Assembly (NCBI GenBank): GCA_000990355.1
Contig: LBSX01000005.1
Location: 4,584 to 68,583, forward strand
From: Candidatus Magasanikbacteria bacterium GW2011_GWC2_37_14
GTDB lineage: Bacteria; Patescibacteriota; Patescibacteriia; Magasanikbacterales; UBA922
DNA length: 64,000 nt
Reading direction: 5' to 3'
A model generated the notes under the pieces. That model saw only the letters and a list, made by a program, of their open reading frames with translations. It ran no database searches and was not told where the DNA came from. Position numbers and translations under genes: made by a program. Positions 37,102-47,581 of the stretch are shown piece after piece. Every line of letters begins with the position of its first letter. Position 1 is the stretch's first letter.

Positions 37102-37463
37102 AATGATTTTTCGGTAGAGGAGGAAATATTATTGAAAGGATCATTAAAATTAGTTGAGGTTGTTGTTTGAATTTTTTCTTGCCAAATTTTTTCTACCTTT
37201 TCAAATTTTGTAAAATCAATTACTTCTAATGAAGAGAGCCCGCTTTTGGCAATAATTATTTCTTCGGCTTGGCCAATAGTAAGAAAAATATTTTGATAAA
37301 TAAATAAACACCCTAAAATTGTGGCTAAGCCCAAAAGAGTGAAAACCGAAATATTTATTAAGCGTAATTTTAAAAATTGTTGGTATTCTGGTGAATGATA
37401 AGTTTTTTCTTGTTGGTGTTTGGATTGTAATTTATTTAGTAGCCACATAAATAATAGCATCAA
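37098..37463 (-). CDS. single-TM hypothetical protein at the end of the pil operon
   Basis: TM segment and C-terminal DPF motif; overlaps the pilO-like gene; start uncertain. Confidence 0.55.
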   Translation of the reverse strand: MMLLFMWLLNKLQSKHQQEKTYHSPEYQQFLKLRLINISVFTLLGLATILGCLFIYQNIFLTIGQAEEIIIAKSGLSSLEVIDFTKFEKVEKIWQEKIQTTTSTNFNDPFNNISSSTEKSL

Positions 37464-38013
37464 AACGCAAATTAATTGGATTTACTTCGTTTTCTATTTG
37501 GTTTTTCCTTTTTTCAAAATTTATATTTTCAATAATTACATAATAAGGAAGTTCTTCTAAATCTTTTAAATAAGCCAAATGATCTAAAAATGTTCCTTCG
37601 TTTAAAAATGAAAGACGGTAATAAACAGGGAAGATGCGGGCATCTTTGTTTTTGCTTTCTGTATTTATTTTGGTTTCATCCACCAAGTTTAAGTTCATTG
37701 TTTGATTAATATTGTGAGAATTGGCAATTTTTTCTAAAGTGGTAATTAAATCGATTTCTTCTCCTGGTTTAACAAAAACTTGTTCCATTTGGGTGGTAAC
37801 TTGTTTAATTTGGTTTAGTTCTTTTAAAGATTTTTTAAGTTTTTGGGTTTTTTGATAACGTTCTTCAAGTTGTCCCTGAATGGTATTAATTTCATTTTTT
37901 AATTTTAAAATATCTTTAATGCTAGGGTAAACAATGAAAATAATAATAACAATCAAAACTAAACCAATTGAGGCATTGGCAATTAAGATTTTTTGTTTGA
38001 GGTTTAAGGTCAT
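37432..38013 (-). CDS. PilO-like type IV pilus assembly protein
   Basis: N-terminal TM, coiled coil, GTF...YL..LE.LPY; position after pilM-pilN. Confidence 0.7.
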   Translation of the reverse strand: MTLNLKQKILIANASIGLVLIVIIIFIVYPSIKDILKLKNEINTIQGQLEERYQKTQKLKKSLKELNQIKQVTTQMEQVFVKPGEEIDLITTLEKIANSHNINQTMNLNLVDETKINTESKNKDARIFPVYYRLSFLNEGTFLDHLAYLKDLEELPYYVIIENINFEKRKNQIENEVNPINLRFDAIIYVATK

Positions 38014-38016
38014 AGC

Positions 38017-38547
38017 TTATTTTAGGAGGACAACCAAAGAAAACAATAAATTAGTTTTTTCGGTTAATTGACTGGGGGGGATATCGGCTGTTTGTAAAAA
38101 GGGAATAGTAATTAATTGATTTTTAAGATTTATTAGGTCTTCTCTGGTAAGAGCTGTGCCTTGTAAAGTAAGTTTTTTATTTTTTTGGTCCAAACTTAAA
38201 TTTTGTAAGGTAATATTTTGAGGAATTTTTTCACTAATAATAACTATTTTGTTACTCCAGGAATAATATTCATTTTGGATTTTTTCTACTTTGTTTATTG
38301 TTTGGTTTATTTTTTTAATGTCTAGATTAGTTTCGGAATAGTGACTGCTAATAGAAATAATTTGTTCAGCAATTTTGTTGAAATAATCTTCTAAAATCCA
38401 TTGTCCACCTAAGAGAGTAATTCCACAGAGACTGATAATAATTAAAATTATTTCTAATAAATTTTTTATAAATTGAAAATTAACCATTCTTTTTAAATGT
38501 TGAGCTTTTTCTGGTGAAAGTAAATTTAAGCGGTGGGGGAACATCAT
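38017..38547 (-). CDS. PilN-like type IV pilus assembly protein
   Basis: LNLLSPE N-terminal motif, TM, IP..I.L..L...L.G.A..R. Confidence 0.75.
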   Translation of the reverse strand: MMFPHRLNLLSPEKAQHLKRMVNFQFIKNLLEIILIIISLCGITLLGGQWILEDYFNKIAEQIISISSHYSETNLDIKKINQTINKVEKIQNEYYSWSNKIVIISEKIPQNITLQNLSLDQKNKKLTLQGTALTREDLINLKNQLITIPFLQTADIPPSQLTEKTNLLFSLVVLLK

Positions 38548-38553
38548 ATTCTA

Positions 38554-39660
38554 TTATAAAACATCTTTGGTATAAAAAGGATTGTCGGCAGCGCGTAGTG
38601 CCAAACCAATGGCTGTGGCGCAACCCAAAGATTCCTGATAATTTATTTTTGGTTCTTTTTTTGAAAAAAGATTTTTCCAAGGATGTCCAGGGCTGGCAAT
38701 AACTTTAAGGCGTTTGGAAATGGTTTTATCAAGCATGGCCATATTGGAACCACCACCACACATGGTAATGCGGGTGATTTTGTTGGCTTCGGGAAAGTGA
38801 GAATAATAAAATTGGAAAGAATCTTCTAAATAATCTATTAATTTGTCTGTCATTTCGAGCATTATATTCCAAGCTTTACCAGTGTGATTTTGAAAACTTA
38901 AGCCTTTTTCAATTTTTATTTTTTCGGCTTCTTCTTGAGTAATGTGTAGTTGTTGGGCAATGGCTGTAGTAATTATTTCTCCGGAAAATGGTAAAGAAGT
39001 AGAAAATTGAATAATGTCGTGGTCATAAACAATAAAACTTGAGCGGGTAGCACCTAAATCTAATAGGCCCCGGGCCTCTTGCTCGTATTCTTTGTTGGCA
39101 GTGATCATGGAGCGGGCTATTGATAAAGCTTCAACTTCTAAGGCCACCACGCCTAAGCCTAAACTTTCTAATAAATAAGTGTAATTATCGGCAATTCTTT
39201 TAGGCACAGCACCAATTAAAATTCTAGTTTTTTCTTCGGAATTTTCTTGGTCGGGCATTATTTGCCATTGGATATAATAACTACCATCGTCGTCATAAGG
39301 AATATGTTTTTTGGCTAAATTTTTGATATCATCTTCAAATAATTCTTTGGCAGGAGTGTTGGTTTTTATTAATTTTATAAAGCTCTGTGTTTCGGGCAAA
39401 GCAACTACTACCCAAGGACTGGTGATGGGTTTTTCATCGCCCCGGCCTTTTAAAAGACGCATGATTCGTCGGCGTACTTCTTCTGGTTTTTCTAATTCAC
39501 CATTTACAATTAGTCCCGGTGGTAGTTCAATACTACGGTAGTTTTTTAAATTATAAGTAGGCTTGCTGTTGAAGAAAGATTGGTTTTCTATTTGGATGAG
39601 TTTTATACTTAAATCACCAATATCTAGTCCAAAGGCGCCAGGAAAAGGATTGTTGAACAT
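38554..39660 (-). CDS. pilM: type IV pilus assembly protein PilM
   Basis: FGLDIGDLSIK, LDLGATRS, CGGGSN and ATAIGLALR. Confidence 0.92.
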   Translation of the reverse strand: MFNNPFPGAFGLDIGDLSIKLIQIENQSFFNSKPTYNLKNYRSIELPPGLIVNGELEKPEEVRRRIMRLLKGRGDEKPITSPWVVVALPETQSFIKLIKTNTPAKELFEDDIKNLAKKHIPYDDDGSYYIQWQIMPDQENSEEKTRILIGAVPKRIADNYTYLLESLGLGVVALEVEALSIARSMITANKEYEQEARGLLDLGATRSSFIVYDHDIIQFSTSLPFSGEIITTAIAQQLHITQEEAEKIKIEKGLSFQNHTGKAWNIMLEMTDKLIDYLEDSFQFYYSHFPEANKITRITMCGGGSNMAMLDKTISKRLKVIASPGHPWKNLFSKKEPKINYQESLGCATAIGLALRAADNPFYTKDVL

Positions 39661-39717
39661 AAAAGAAGCTTAACTAAAGCTTCTTTATTATAGCAGAAAA
39701 ATAATGTTTTGGCGACA

Positions 39718-40839
39718 CTAAAAACTTTGTACCAAAGTATACATGGGCATAATTACTGCTACTGCCATGCCAGCCACAGCTACACCTAAAACCAAAATAA
39801 TTACTGGTTCAATTATTTGGGTAAAGTTTTTCATGGTTTTGTCTACCTCTTTACTATAAAAGTTTGCTAGTTCGTTTAATAATTGGTCAATTTCTCCAGT
39901 ACGTTCACCAACCATAATCATCTCAGTGACCATTGGTGGAAAAAGATTGCTGTGGGTGCCAAGAATTTCGGAAAGTGGGGTGCCAGTTTTTATTTTTTCA
40001 GCGGCTTCGTGTAAAGCTTTTTTGTATAAAACATTACCACAAGTTTCGGCAGTAATGTCGGTGGCGTCAACAATTGGAATAGTACTTTTTAAAAGAGAGG
40101 AAAGAGTAAGTGAAAATCTAGCTAAATTTATTTTTTTGATTATTGTTCCAGCGATTGGTAATTTTAAACTTATTTTGTGAACCATTTCTTTGAATTGTGG
40201 AGATTTTTTTAAACCGGTGGCAAAACTAAAAATAAATAAAAATATAAACAAGATTAAACCTATTAAATTTTTTGGCTGACTCATAAAATCAGTAATGGCC
40301 ATTAAAATTTTGGTAGCAGTGGGTAATTCTGCATCAAATTCTTTAAACATCTCAAGCATTTTTGGTAAGACTACTGTTACCATCATTACCCCAATACCAC
40401 TCATAGCAAACAAAATAACTGCTGGATAAATCATCGCTCCGCGAATGCTGGACATTAATTCTTGAGTTTTTTGCATCTGAATAACTATTTGGTTTAGAGA
40501 TTCTTCCAATTTACCAGAAATTTCTCCCGAGGCAATCATTTTTACATAAATTGGTGGAAAGACTTTGGGATATTCGGCTAGTACTTCACTAAATTGGCGT
40601 CCTTCTTCTACCCCAGCTTTTATTTGGCCAATAACTTTTTTTAGTTTTTTATTTTCTAGTTCTTTGTTTAGTACTTCCAAAGATTCGGTTAAAGACAAAC
40701 CGGCATGAATCATGGTACGGATATGATCAATAAAAAATATTTTTTGGACAAAAGGAACACTTGTTAGGTGATCGGTAACCCAAGCGTTAATTTTTATTTC
40801 TAGGGGTGAGAGTTTTCTTTTTTCACTCATATTATTCAC
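39718..40839 (-). CDS. pilC: type II secretion F / PilC platform protein
   Basis: AGLSL.ESL, GEISGKLE, AMIYP, VGERTG and IEP. Confidence 0.92.
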   Translation of the reverse strand: MNNMSEKRKLSPLEIKINAWVTDHLTSVPFVQKIFFIDHIRTMIHAGLSLTESLEVLNKELENKKLKKVIGQIKAGVEEGRQFSEVLAEYPKVFPPIYVKMIASGEISGKLEESLNQIVIQMQKTQELMSSIRGAMIYPAVILFAMSGIGVMMVTVVLPKMLEMFKEFDAELPTATKILMAITDFMSQPKNLIGLILFIFLFIFSFATGLKKSPQFKEMVHKISLKLPIAGTIIKKINLARFSLTLSSLLKSTIPIVDATDITAETCGNVLYKKALHEAAEKIKTGTPLSEILGTHSNLFPPMVTEMIMVGERTGEIDQLLNELANFYSKEVDKTMKNFTQIIEPVIILVLGVAVAGMAVAVIMPMYTLVQSF

Positions 40840-42559
40840 GAGTAACTCTTAAGACTTCTTCGATTGTCGTTATTCCTTGTTTGGCTTTTACCAAACCATC
40901 TTCGAGCATGGTAATCATACCTTGTTCACGGGCGTATTTTTTTATTACATCAGCATTGGCACGTTCGTTGATTTTTTGAGCAATGTCTTTGTTTATTTCC
41001 AAAATTTCATAAATACCAATTCGGCCTTTGTGTCCGCTATTGCCACAGCGACGGCAGCCTTCGCCATGATAAAAAGTAATGCTTTCCAATTTGTCTTCTT
41101 TGCTATTTAATTTTATATTTTGTCCTTCGAACAAAGTTTTTATTTGTTTAATATCAAAAAGTTTTTCTAATTCGGCAATAGCATTTTTTTGTAATTGGTA
41201 TTCTTTTTTACAATTTTCGCAAATTTTACGTACCAATCTTTGAGCCACAATAATATTAGCGGTAAAAGCTAATAAAAATGGTGCAATTCCCATGTCTAGT
41301 AAACGTGGCAAAGTGGTTGGCGCATCATTGGTATGTAAAGTAGAGAGTACCAAGTGACCAGTCATGGCCGCATGAATAGCAATTTCGGCGGTTTCCTGAT
41401 CGCGAATTTCTCCTACCATAATAATATCTGGATCTTGGCGAAGAAATGCTCGAAGTCCAACAGCAAAAGTAAAACCAACTTGGGTATTTATCTGGCTTTG
41501 GTTAATTCCTTTTACATGGTATTCAATTGGGTCTTCAATAGTGGAAATATTTACATCGGGTTGATTTAAGATTCCGAGTAATGAATAAAGAGTAGTAGTT
41601 TTACCACTACCAGTAGGCCCAGTTACCAAAATCATACCATGTGGTTTTTCAATAGCTTGTTCTACCAATTTTCGTGGTCCTGGCAAAAATCCTAACTGGT
41701 CTAGACTTAATGGTTTTTGGCCTTCGTGGAGCAAACGCATAACAACCTTTTCACCGTCATACACTGGAATAATAGAAACACGAAAAGATAATTTTTCTTC
41801 TTGAATTTGAATTTTAAAACGGCCATCTTGGGGTTTCATGTGTTCGTCCAATTTTAAATTGGACAAAACTTTGATACGAGCAACAATTCCCCCGGCCACT
41901 GTTTTGGGCAAAGTCATGACATTTTTTAAAATACCATCCACGCGATAGCGCACAGTAACTTCTTTTTCTGTGGGTTCAATATGAATATCAGAGGCGCCTT
42001 CGTACACGGCATGCTCCAAAGTGCTGTTTACAATATTTATAATTGGCATTTCTTCGGCTGCTTTTTTTAAGTCGTTTTCGCCAATTTCTTCACTGTCTTT
42101 GAGTTGGGTAATAGAAACATCACTTTCTAAATCTGCATGATAGCGATGCAGAGCTTCTTTAATATCTGAGGGCGTGGTTAAAAAAATTTTTGGAGTAAGC
42201 GCGGTTTTACGATGTAAAAATTCAATAGTTTGGATATCTTGGGGATCGAGCATGGCCAAGTGTATTTCGGTATTGGTTTTATTAAAAGCTACCACTTGGT
42301 GAGTTTGAGCCAATGGGGCTGGTACCAAATTAAGGACTTCTTTTTTGATTTCTACCCCTTTTAAAGCAACAATTGGTACTTCAAAGATTTCTGCCGCTGC
42401 CGTATATAGTTCCATTTCGTCGACTGTACCATCGTCAAGCAAAAGTTGTTCAATATCTTTGTTTAGTTTTTTGGCTTTTTCCGCGTTAGCTTTAAAATCA
42501 GTTTCAGAAATTTTGAATTTTTTGGTTAATAATTGTTTAAGAATTTTCTCAGGTAACAT
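40832..42559 (-). CDS. pilB: type IV pilus assembly ATPase
   Basis: ASDIHIEP, GPTGSGKTTT, TIEDPIE, LRQDPD, TGHLVLSTLHTN and tetra-Cys motif. Confidence 0.93.
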   Translation of the reverse strand: MLPEKILKQLLTKKFKISETDFKANAEKAKKLNKDIEQLLLDDGTVDEMELYTAAAEIFEVPIVALKGVEIKKEVLNLVPAPLAQTHQVVAFNKTNTEIHLAMLDPQDIQTIEFLHRKTALTPKIFLTTPSDIKEALHRYHADLESDVSITQLKDSEEIGENDLKKAAEEMPIINIVNSTLEHAVYEGASDIHIEPTEKEVTVRYRVDGILKNVMTLPKTVAGGIVARIKVLSNLKLDEHMKPQDGRFKIQIQEEKLSFRVSIIPVYDGEKVVMRLLHEGQKPLSLDQLGFLPGPRKLVEQAIEKPHGMILVTGPTGSGKTTTLYSLLGILNQPDVNISTIEDPIEYHVKGINQSQINTQVGFTFAVGLRAFLRQDPDIIMVGEIRDQETAEIAIHAAMTGHLVLSTLHTNDAPTTLPRLLDMGIAPFLLAFTANIIVAQRLVRKICENCKKEYQLQKNAIAELEKLFDIKQIKTLFEGQNIKLNSKEDKLESITFYHGEGCRRCGNSGHKGRIGIYEILEINKDIAQKINERANADVIKKYAREQGMITMLEDGLVKAKQGITTIEEVLRVTRE

Positions 42560-42689
42560 AAAAAGAAAGACTAGAGATTATTTATATAAATATTATAACA
42601 TATTTATAACAAAAAGGTTAGGAAGCAAGGTTGACAAAAAAGAATTTTTGGAGTAAAAATAACTTGAACCATCACCAAGTTAGGCAATC

Positions 42690-43013
42690 ATGGACGATCT
42701 CAAGAAATTCACCCTGGATGCTTCCACGTCGGAAGCGCTCGCGCAGTCGCTCGAGGCTCTCAACAATTTCTTGCTCGGACAGAGAGTCACCCGGCGACAC
42801 TCGGTCGCCCAGGCAGGCTGGCTCTTCAAGATCCTCTTGGAGTACAGGGACAGCCCCAGCGCCAACGGGCACCCCCAACTGGCTATTGCCCGGACACTGG
42901 AAGAAGCCCAGAAACACCGGGGGCTGGGGAAGTCGGTGGATCTCTATCTCCACCAGGCCACCCCCGCCAGCGAGGTCATGGAGTTCTACTTCGTCTGGCA
43001 CATCGTCCGCTAG
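42690..43013 (+). CDS. hypothetical protein in a high-GC islet
   Basis: GC3-rich codons in this frame; TTGACA at 42631 upstream; hairpin plus T-tract near 43109-43135. Confidence 0.55.
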   Translation: MDDLKKFTLDASTSEALAQSLEALNNFLLGQRVTRRHSVAQAGWLFKILLEYRDSPSANGHPQLAIARTLEEAQKHRGLGKSVDLYLHQATPASEVMEFYFVWHIVR

Positions 43014-43149
43014 GAGGACCACCATGGTTGCTCGTTCGCCGCCGTTCTTTCACCAAGGGGGAAGCCCCCGACTGCACGATACCGGAGGAACAGTCGGGAA
43101 CAGTCGAAAGATCATCTAGAAATAGGTGGTTTTTTGTTTTTATCTTACA

Positions 43150-43178
43150 TTGACAATTAGGTAAAATTGTGATAAAAT
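43150..43178 (+). promoter_or_regulatory. sigma70 promoter TTGACA-N17-TAAAAT
   Basis: Consensus with TG extension upstream of the ABC-F gene. Confidence 0.7.
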
Positions 43179-43201
43179 AATATTTCAGTTATTTATAAAA
43201 T

Positions 43202-44653
43202 ATGGCCGAAGAAGTAATTTTAAGATTTGATAATTTAACTTTTGGTTATGCCGAAAAAAAGCCAATCTTGGATGAGGTAGGTTTTGGTATACACAAAAAT
43301 GCTAAAATTACTTTAATGGGCCAAAATGGTGCGGGAAAAAGTACAATTTTTAAATTAATTAAAGGTGAATTAAAACCAACAAAAGGCAATGTTTTTATTA
43401 CCAATAATGCCACCATTGCCACTGCTTCTCAGGTAATTGGTCGTGAAGATCTTAATTTAACTTTGGCACAATATTTTTCCAAAGCTTTCACACCAGTGCC
43501 AGGAAATATTAAAAGCCAAATAAACAAAGTAATGATTGCGGTAAATTTGACTGTGCCCTTGGACAGAAAAGTAGGGGAATTATCGGGTGGGCAACAAGCA
43601 CGAATTTTATTAGCTTTTGCTTTAATCCAAAATCCCGATATTTTGTTATTGGATGAACCAACAAATAATTTGGATAAAGATGGCATTGATCATTTAATAC
43701 AATTTTTGGTAATGTACGAAAAAACCGTGTTGGTAATTTCTCATGATGCTGATTTTTTGAATTGTTTTACCGAAGGAGTAATTTATTTGGATGTTTTTAC
43801 CAAAAAAGTGGAAACTTATGTTGGTGATTATTATTCGGTAGTAGAAGAAATACAAAATCGTATTGAACGCGAAATAAAAAAGAATGCGCAATTGGAAAAA
43901 GAAATTTTGGACAACAAAGAAAAGGTAAACTTTTTTGCTCACAAAGGTGGCAAGATGCGCAAACTAGCTAGTAAATTAAAGGAAGAAGTACAAGAAATGG
44001 AAGAAAATAAAGTAGAAGTACGGCGTGAAGACAAAACTATTCGGGAATTTAGTATTCCAGCGCAGGGAATTGTGGGGGATATTGTAACTATCAAATCGGT
44101 AAAAATAATTAAAAATCATGAACCAGTGGTAAAAGAAGTAGAGATTGTTTTACGACAAAAAGACAGGCTTTTGATTTCTGGACCAAACGGCATTGGCAAG
44201 AGTACACTACTCCGAAATTTGGTAAATAAAGAAAGTGAGGGCGCAACTATTTTGGAAAATACGCGCGTGGGTTATTATAGTCAAGATTTTGCTACCTTGG
44301 ATTATGAGCAAACTGTATTTGATTCTTTGCAAAGTGTTTTGGCCGATGGACTAGACATCCAGCAAATGCGCGCAATTGCTGCGGGTTTTTTGATTACCGG
44401 TGAACTAATGGGTTTAAAAATTTCGCATTTATCCGAAGGACAAAAAGGTTTGTTGTCTTTTGCTCGTTTGGTATCCATGAAACCTGGCCTTTTGATTTTG
44501 GATGAGCCAACTAACCATATTAATTTTCGTCATATACAAATAATTGCCCAGGCGATAAATAATTTTGAGGGAGCAATTATTTTGATTAGTCATATGCCAG
44601 ATTTTGTAAAAGAGATTAAATTTAACCAAGAATTGGATTTGGGCAGGTTTTAA
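43202..44653 (+). CDS. ABC-F family ATPase
   Basis: Two ABC domains (GQNGAGKST/LSGGQ/DEPTNNLD and GPNGIGKST/LSEGQ/DEPTNH) and no TM. Confidence 0.92.
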   Translation: MAEEVILRFDNLTFGYAEKKPILDEVGFGIHKNAKITLMGQNGAGKSTIFKLIKGELKPTKGNVFITNNATIATASQVIGREDLNLTLAQYFSKAFTPVPGNIKSQINKVMIAVNLTVPLDRKVGELSGGQQARILLAFALIQNPDILLLDEPTNNLDKDGIDHLIQFLVMYEKTVLVISHDADFLNCFTEGVIYLDVFTKKVETYVGDYYSVVEEIQNRIEREIKKNAQLEKEILDNKEKVNFFAHKGGKMRKLASKLKEEVQEMEENKVEVRREDKTIREFSIPAQGIVGDIVTIKSVKIIKNHEPVVKEVEIVLRQKDRLLISGPNGIGKSTLLRNLVNKESEGATILENTRVGYYSQDFATLDYEQTVFDSLQSVLADGLDIQQMRAIAAGFLITGELMGLKISHLSEGQKGLLSFARLVSMKPGLLILDEPTNHINFRHIQIIAQAINNFEGAIILISHMPDFVKEIKFNQELDLGRF

Positions 44654-44683
44654 TTGTTTTGTAAAAATTAGTTATAAGTTATT

Positions 44684-45097
44684 ATGTCTCTAGTTTTTAA
44701 AAAACAAATTCCCGAATCAGAAATTAAATTTACTTTTGCCCGGTCATCTGGCGCGGGTGGGCAAAATGTAAATAAAACTTCTACCAAAGTTGTTTTGCGT
44801 TGGCAAGTGGGCAACTCAGCAGTTTTTAATTATGCCGAAAAAAATAGAATCAGAAACAAATTAGTTGGCCGATTAAATAGTCTTGATGAAATAGTTATCA
44901 CAGCAGAAGAAGAAAGATCACAAATTCAAAATCGTCTTCAAGCTATTGCTCGTTTGCAAACATTGGTAAATATTGCCTTACTCGTACCCAAAAAACGTCG
45001 GCCAACCAAACCAACTTATTCTTCCAAACTCAAAAGATTGGCAGGCAAAAAACAACATTCCAAACTTAAAGAAGGAAGACGGGTGGTGGGGGAATAG
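44684..45097 (+). CDS. arfB: alternative ribosome rescue peptidyl-tRNA hydrolase
   Basis: RSSGAGGQNVNK, RSQ..NR and basic tail KKRRPTKP. Confidence 0.93.
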   Translation: MSLVFKKQIPESEIKFTFARSSGAGGQNVNKTSTKVVLRWQVGNSAVFNYAEKNRIRNKLVGRLNSLDEIVITAEEERSQIQNRLQAIARLQTLVNIALLVPKKRRPTKPTYSSKLKRLAGKKQHSKLKEGRRVVGE

Positions 45098-45142
45098 CAG
45101 AGTGGAGCGGAATGTGATAGAATGTAAGAAAAAGAATGTTTT

Positions 45143-46852
45143 ATGCTTCAAGAAACAGCATTAGAAATTTTAAAAACCGGTGCCAATGTTTTTTTAACGG
45201 GTGAGCCAGGCTCGGGCAAAACACATACCATTAATCGGTATGTTTCTTATTTGCGTGCACGAGGAATTGAGCCAGCCGTTACCGCTTCTACGGGCATTGC
45301 GGCCACGCATTTGGGTGGCATGACCATTCATTCTTGGAGCGGGCTGGGAATTAAAACCAGATTAAGCAAATACGAATTAGACAAGTTGGCTTTTACTGAA
45401 TATTTAAATAAACGCATTAGCCGAGCTAAAGTTTTGATTATTGACGAAATTTCTATGCTTGGGCCAGAAATGGTGGCTACAGTAGAGGCAGTTTGCCGAG
45501 AAATAAAAGATAACACCTTGCCTTTTGGGGGACTGCAAGTTATTTTTGTGGGTGATTTTTTTCAATTGCCACCAGTGGTGAGAAATAAAGAAAATAATGA
45601 CGAACAAGAAAAATTGTTTAATGAACCAAAGTCACGTTTTGCTTTTCATTCTTCGGTTTGGAACCAAGCTAATTTATTTATTTGTTATTTAACCGAACAA
45701 TTTCGTCAAGATGATGATAAATTTTTGGAAGTTTTGTCGGCTATTCGGCATAATGTTTTTAATGATCAACATTTACAGCATTTAATTAAACGTCAGACCG
45801 AAGCACACCTGGCGCCAAAAGGCGTACCGAAATTATTTTCACACAATGTGAATGTAGATAAAGTAAATGAAGAAGAATTGGCAAAAATTTCTGGAGAAGA
45901 AAAAGAATTTATTGCTCATTCATATGGAGCTAGGCCCTTGGTAGAAACTTTGCAAAAAGGTTGTTTGTCGCCCGAACGACTTTGTTTAAAAATTGGGGCA
46001 GTAGTAATGTTTACCAAAAATAATTTGCGTGAAGGTTTTGTAAATGGTACTTTGGGTCGTGTGGAAAGTTTTGGTAAGGGCAGTAACCAGCCAATTGTGC
46101 GCACTAAAGATGGCAAAAGAATTGAAGTAACACCAATGGATTGGACGATTGAAGAAAATGGACGTCTTAAAGCGTCAATTACTCAATTTCCTTTACGTTT
46201 GGCTTGGGCCATTACTGTACACAAAAGCCAAGGCATGAGTTTGGATGAAGCAGTAATGGATTTGAGTGCTGTTTTTGAATATGGCCAGGGTTATGTGGCC
46301 TTGTCGCGTGTGCGTCGTTTAACAGGTCTACATCTTTTGGGTTGGAATGAGCAAACTTTTCAAGTGCACCCCGAAGTTTTACTTAAAGATAAGGCAATGC
46401 GTTTGGATTCCGAGGTAATAGAAAATGCTTTTATTAGTATGTTACCCGAAGAATTAAAAACTATGCAAAGAAATTTTATTTTGGCTTCGGGAGGCAGAGA
46501 AAATGCAGAAGAGATAACAGAAAAAGTTAAAAAAAATAATAAAAAAGGAGAGACGCACAATGAAACATTAAAATTATGGCAGAGTGGCAAAAAAATTGCC
46601 GAAATTGCCAAAGAACGTGGGCTTACGGAACAAACAATTTTAAGTCACATTGAAAAATTAGTTACAAAAGGAAAGATTAATCGAGCAGATTTAAAATCAT
46701 TAATTTCCGCACCATTATTGCACGCTTTGCCACGTATTCAAGAAGTTTTTGCGAAATTGGGTACAGAAAAATTAGCCCCAGTTTTTGCCAGGTTTGGTGG
46801 AGAGTATTCTTACAATGATTTGCGTTTGGCTAGGATGATGTCTGAAAGGTAG
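45143..46852 (+). CDS. PIF1-like helicase with C-terminal HTH
   Basis: TGEPGSGKT, DEISM, GDFFQLPPV, LAWAITVHKSQG and YVALSR; terminal IAKERGL..TI..H. Confidence 0.9.
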   Translation: MLQETALEILKTGANVFLTGEPGSGKTHTINRYVSYLRARGIEPAVTASTGIAATHLGGMTIHSWSGLGIKTRLSKYELDKLAFTEYLNKRISRAKVLIIDEISMLGPEMVATVEAVCREIKDNTLPFGGLQVIFVGDFFQLPPVVRNKENNDEQEKLFNEPKSRFAFHSSVWNQANLFICYLTEQFRQDDDKFLEVLSAIRHNVFNDQHLQHLIKRQTEAHLAPKGVPKLFSHNVNVDKVNEEELAKISGEEKEFIAHSYGARPLVETLQKGCLSPERLCLKIGAVVMFTKNNLREGFVNGTLGRVESFGKGSNQPIVRTKDGKRIEVTPMDWTIEENGRLKASITQFPLRLAWAITVHKSQGMSLDEAVMDLSAVFEYGQGYVALSRVRRLTGLHLLGWNEQTFQVHPEVLLKDKAMRLDSEVIENAFISMLPEELKTMQRNFILASGGRENAEEITEKVKKNNKKGETHNETLKLWQSGKKIAEIAKERGLTEQTILSHIEKLVTKGKINRADLKSLISAPLLHALPRIQEVFAKLGTEKLAPVFARFGGEYSYNDLRLARMMSER

Positions 46853-46873
46853 ACAAAAGCGATGTTTAGGGGG

Positions 46874-46902
46874 TTGACAGATTCATTTTATTTTGTTATT
46901 AT
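46874..46902 (+). promoter_or_regulatory. sigma70 promoter TTGACA-N17-TATTAT
   Basis: Upstream of rpsF-ssb-rpsR. Confidence 0.7.
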
Positions 46903-46970
46903 AATGAAGCTCCAGAAGCAAATTTTATAAGTCCTGGTCGATCGGGACAAAGAAATTTTTTAAGTAAATT

Positions 46971-47552
46971 ATGAAAAAATACGAATTATTAGTTGTTTTT
47001 CCAGGTACTTTGGCAGAAAATGAAGTAAATGCCGAGGCGGAAAAAGTAAAAGCTGTGGTAACCGAAAATGGCGGTGTTGAATTTGAGATGGGCGAAATAG
47101 AAAAAAGACGTTTAGCTTATCCTATTAAACACATTCGTTATGGTTATTTTCAATTAGCCTTTTTTTCGGCTGATACTGTACAAGTAAAAATCATTGAAAA
47201 TAAATTTCGTTTGATGTCCGAATTATTACGAGCAGTAATAAGACAGCAAAATGTTAAAGCAAACAAAAAAATTAATTTTGGTGCTTTGATAATTGGCGAA
47301 GACAACAAGCGATCAGAAACTGAAAATGAACCAATACATTACAATCAGCCAGTTGCTTCTGTAGTAACAGAAGAAAAGGTGGTGCAAGAAGAAAAGAAAG
47401 TAGAAGTAATTGTTTCCGAAGAACAACAAAAATTAGCAGCAGCTCCAGTAAAAAAAGCTAGTGCCAAAAAAGAAGAAAAGAAAAAAATTAATTTGGATGA
47501 TATTGATAAAAAATTGGATGAGATTTTGGACATTGGTTTGGATAATGTATAA
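46971..47552 (+). CDS. rpsF: 30S ribosomal protein S6 with long C-terminal extension
   Basis: KYEL, RRLAYPIK and GYF; position before ssb-rpsR. Confidence 0.93.
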   Translation: MKKYELLVVFPGTLAENEVNAEAEKVKAVVTENGGVEFEMGEIEKRRLAYPIKHIRYGYFQLAFFSADTVQVKIIENKFRLMSELLRAVIRQQNVKANKKINFGALIIGEDNKRSETENEPIHYNQPVASVVTEEKVVQEEKKVEVIVSEEQQKLAAAPVKKASAKKEEKKKINLDDIDKKLDEILDIGLDNV

Positions 47553-47581
47553 TAATTACCGTAATTATTAATTTAAAATAT

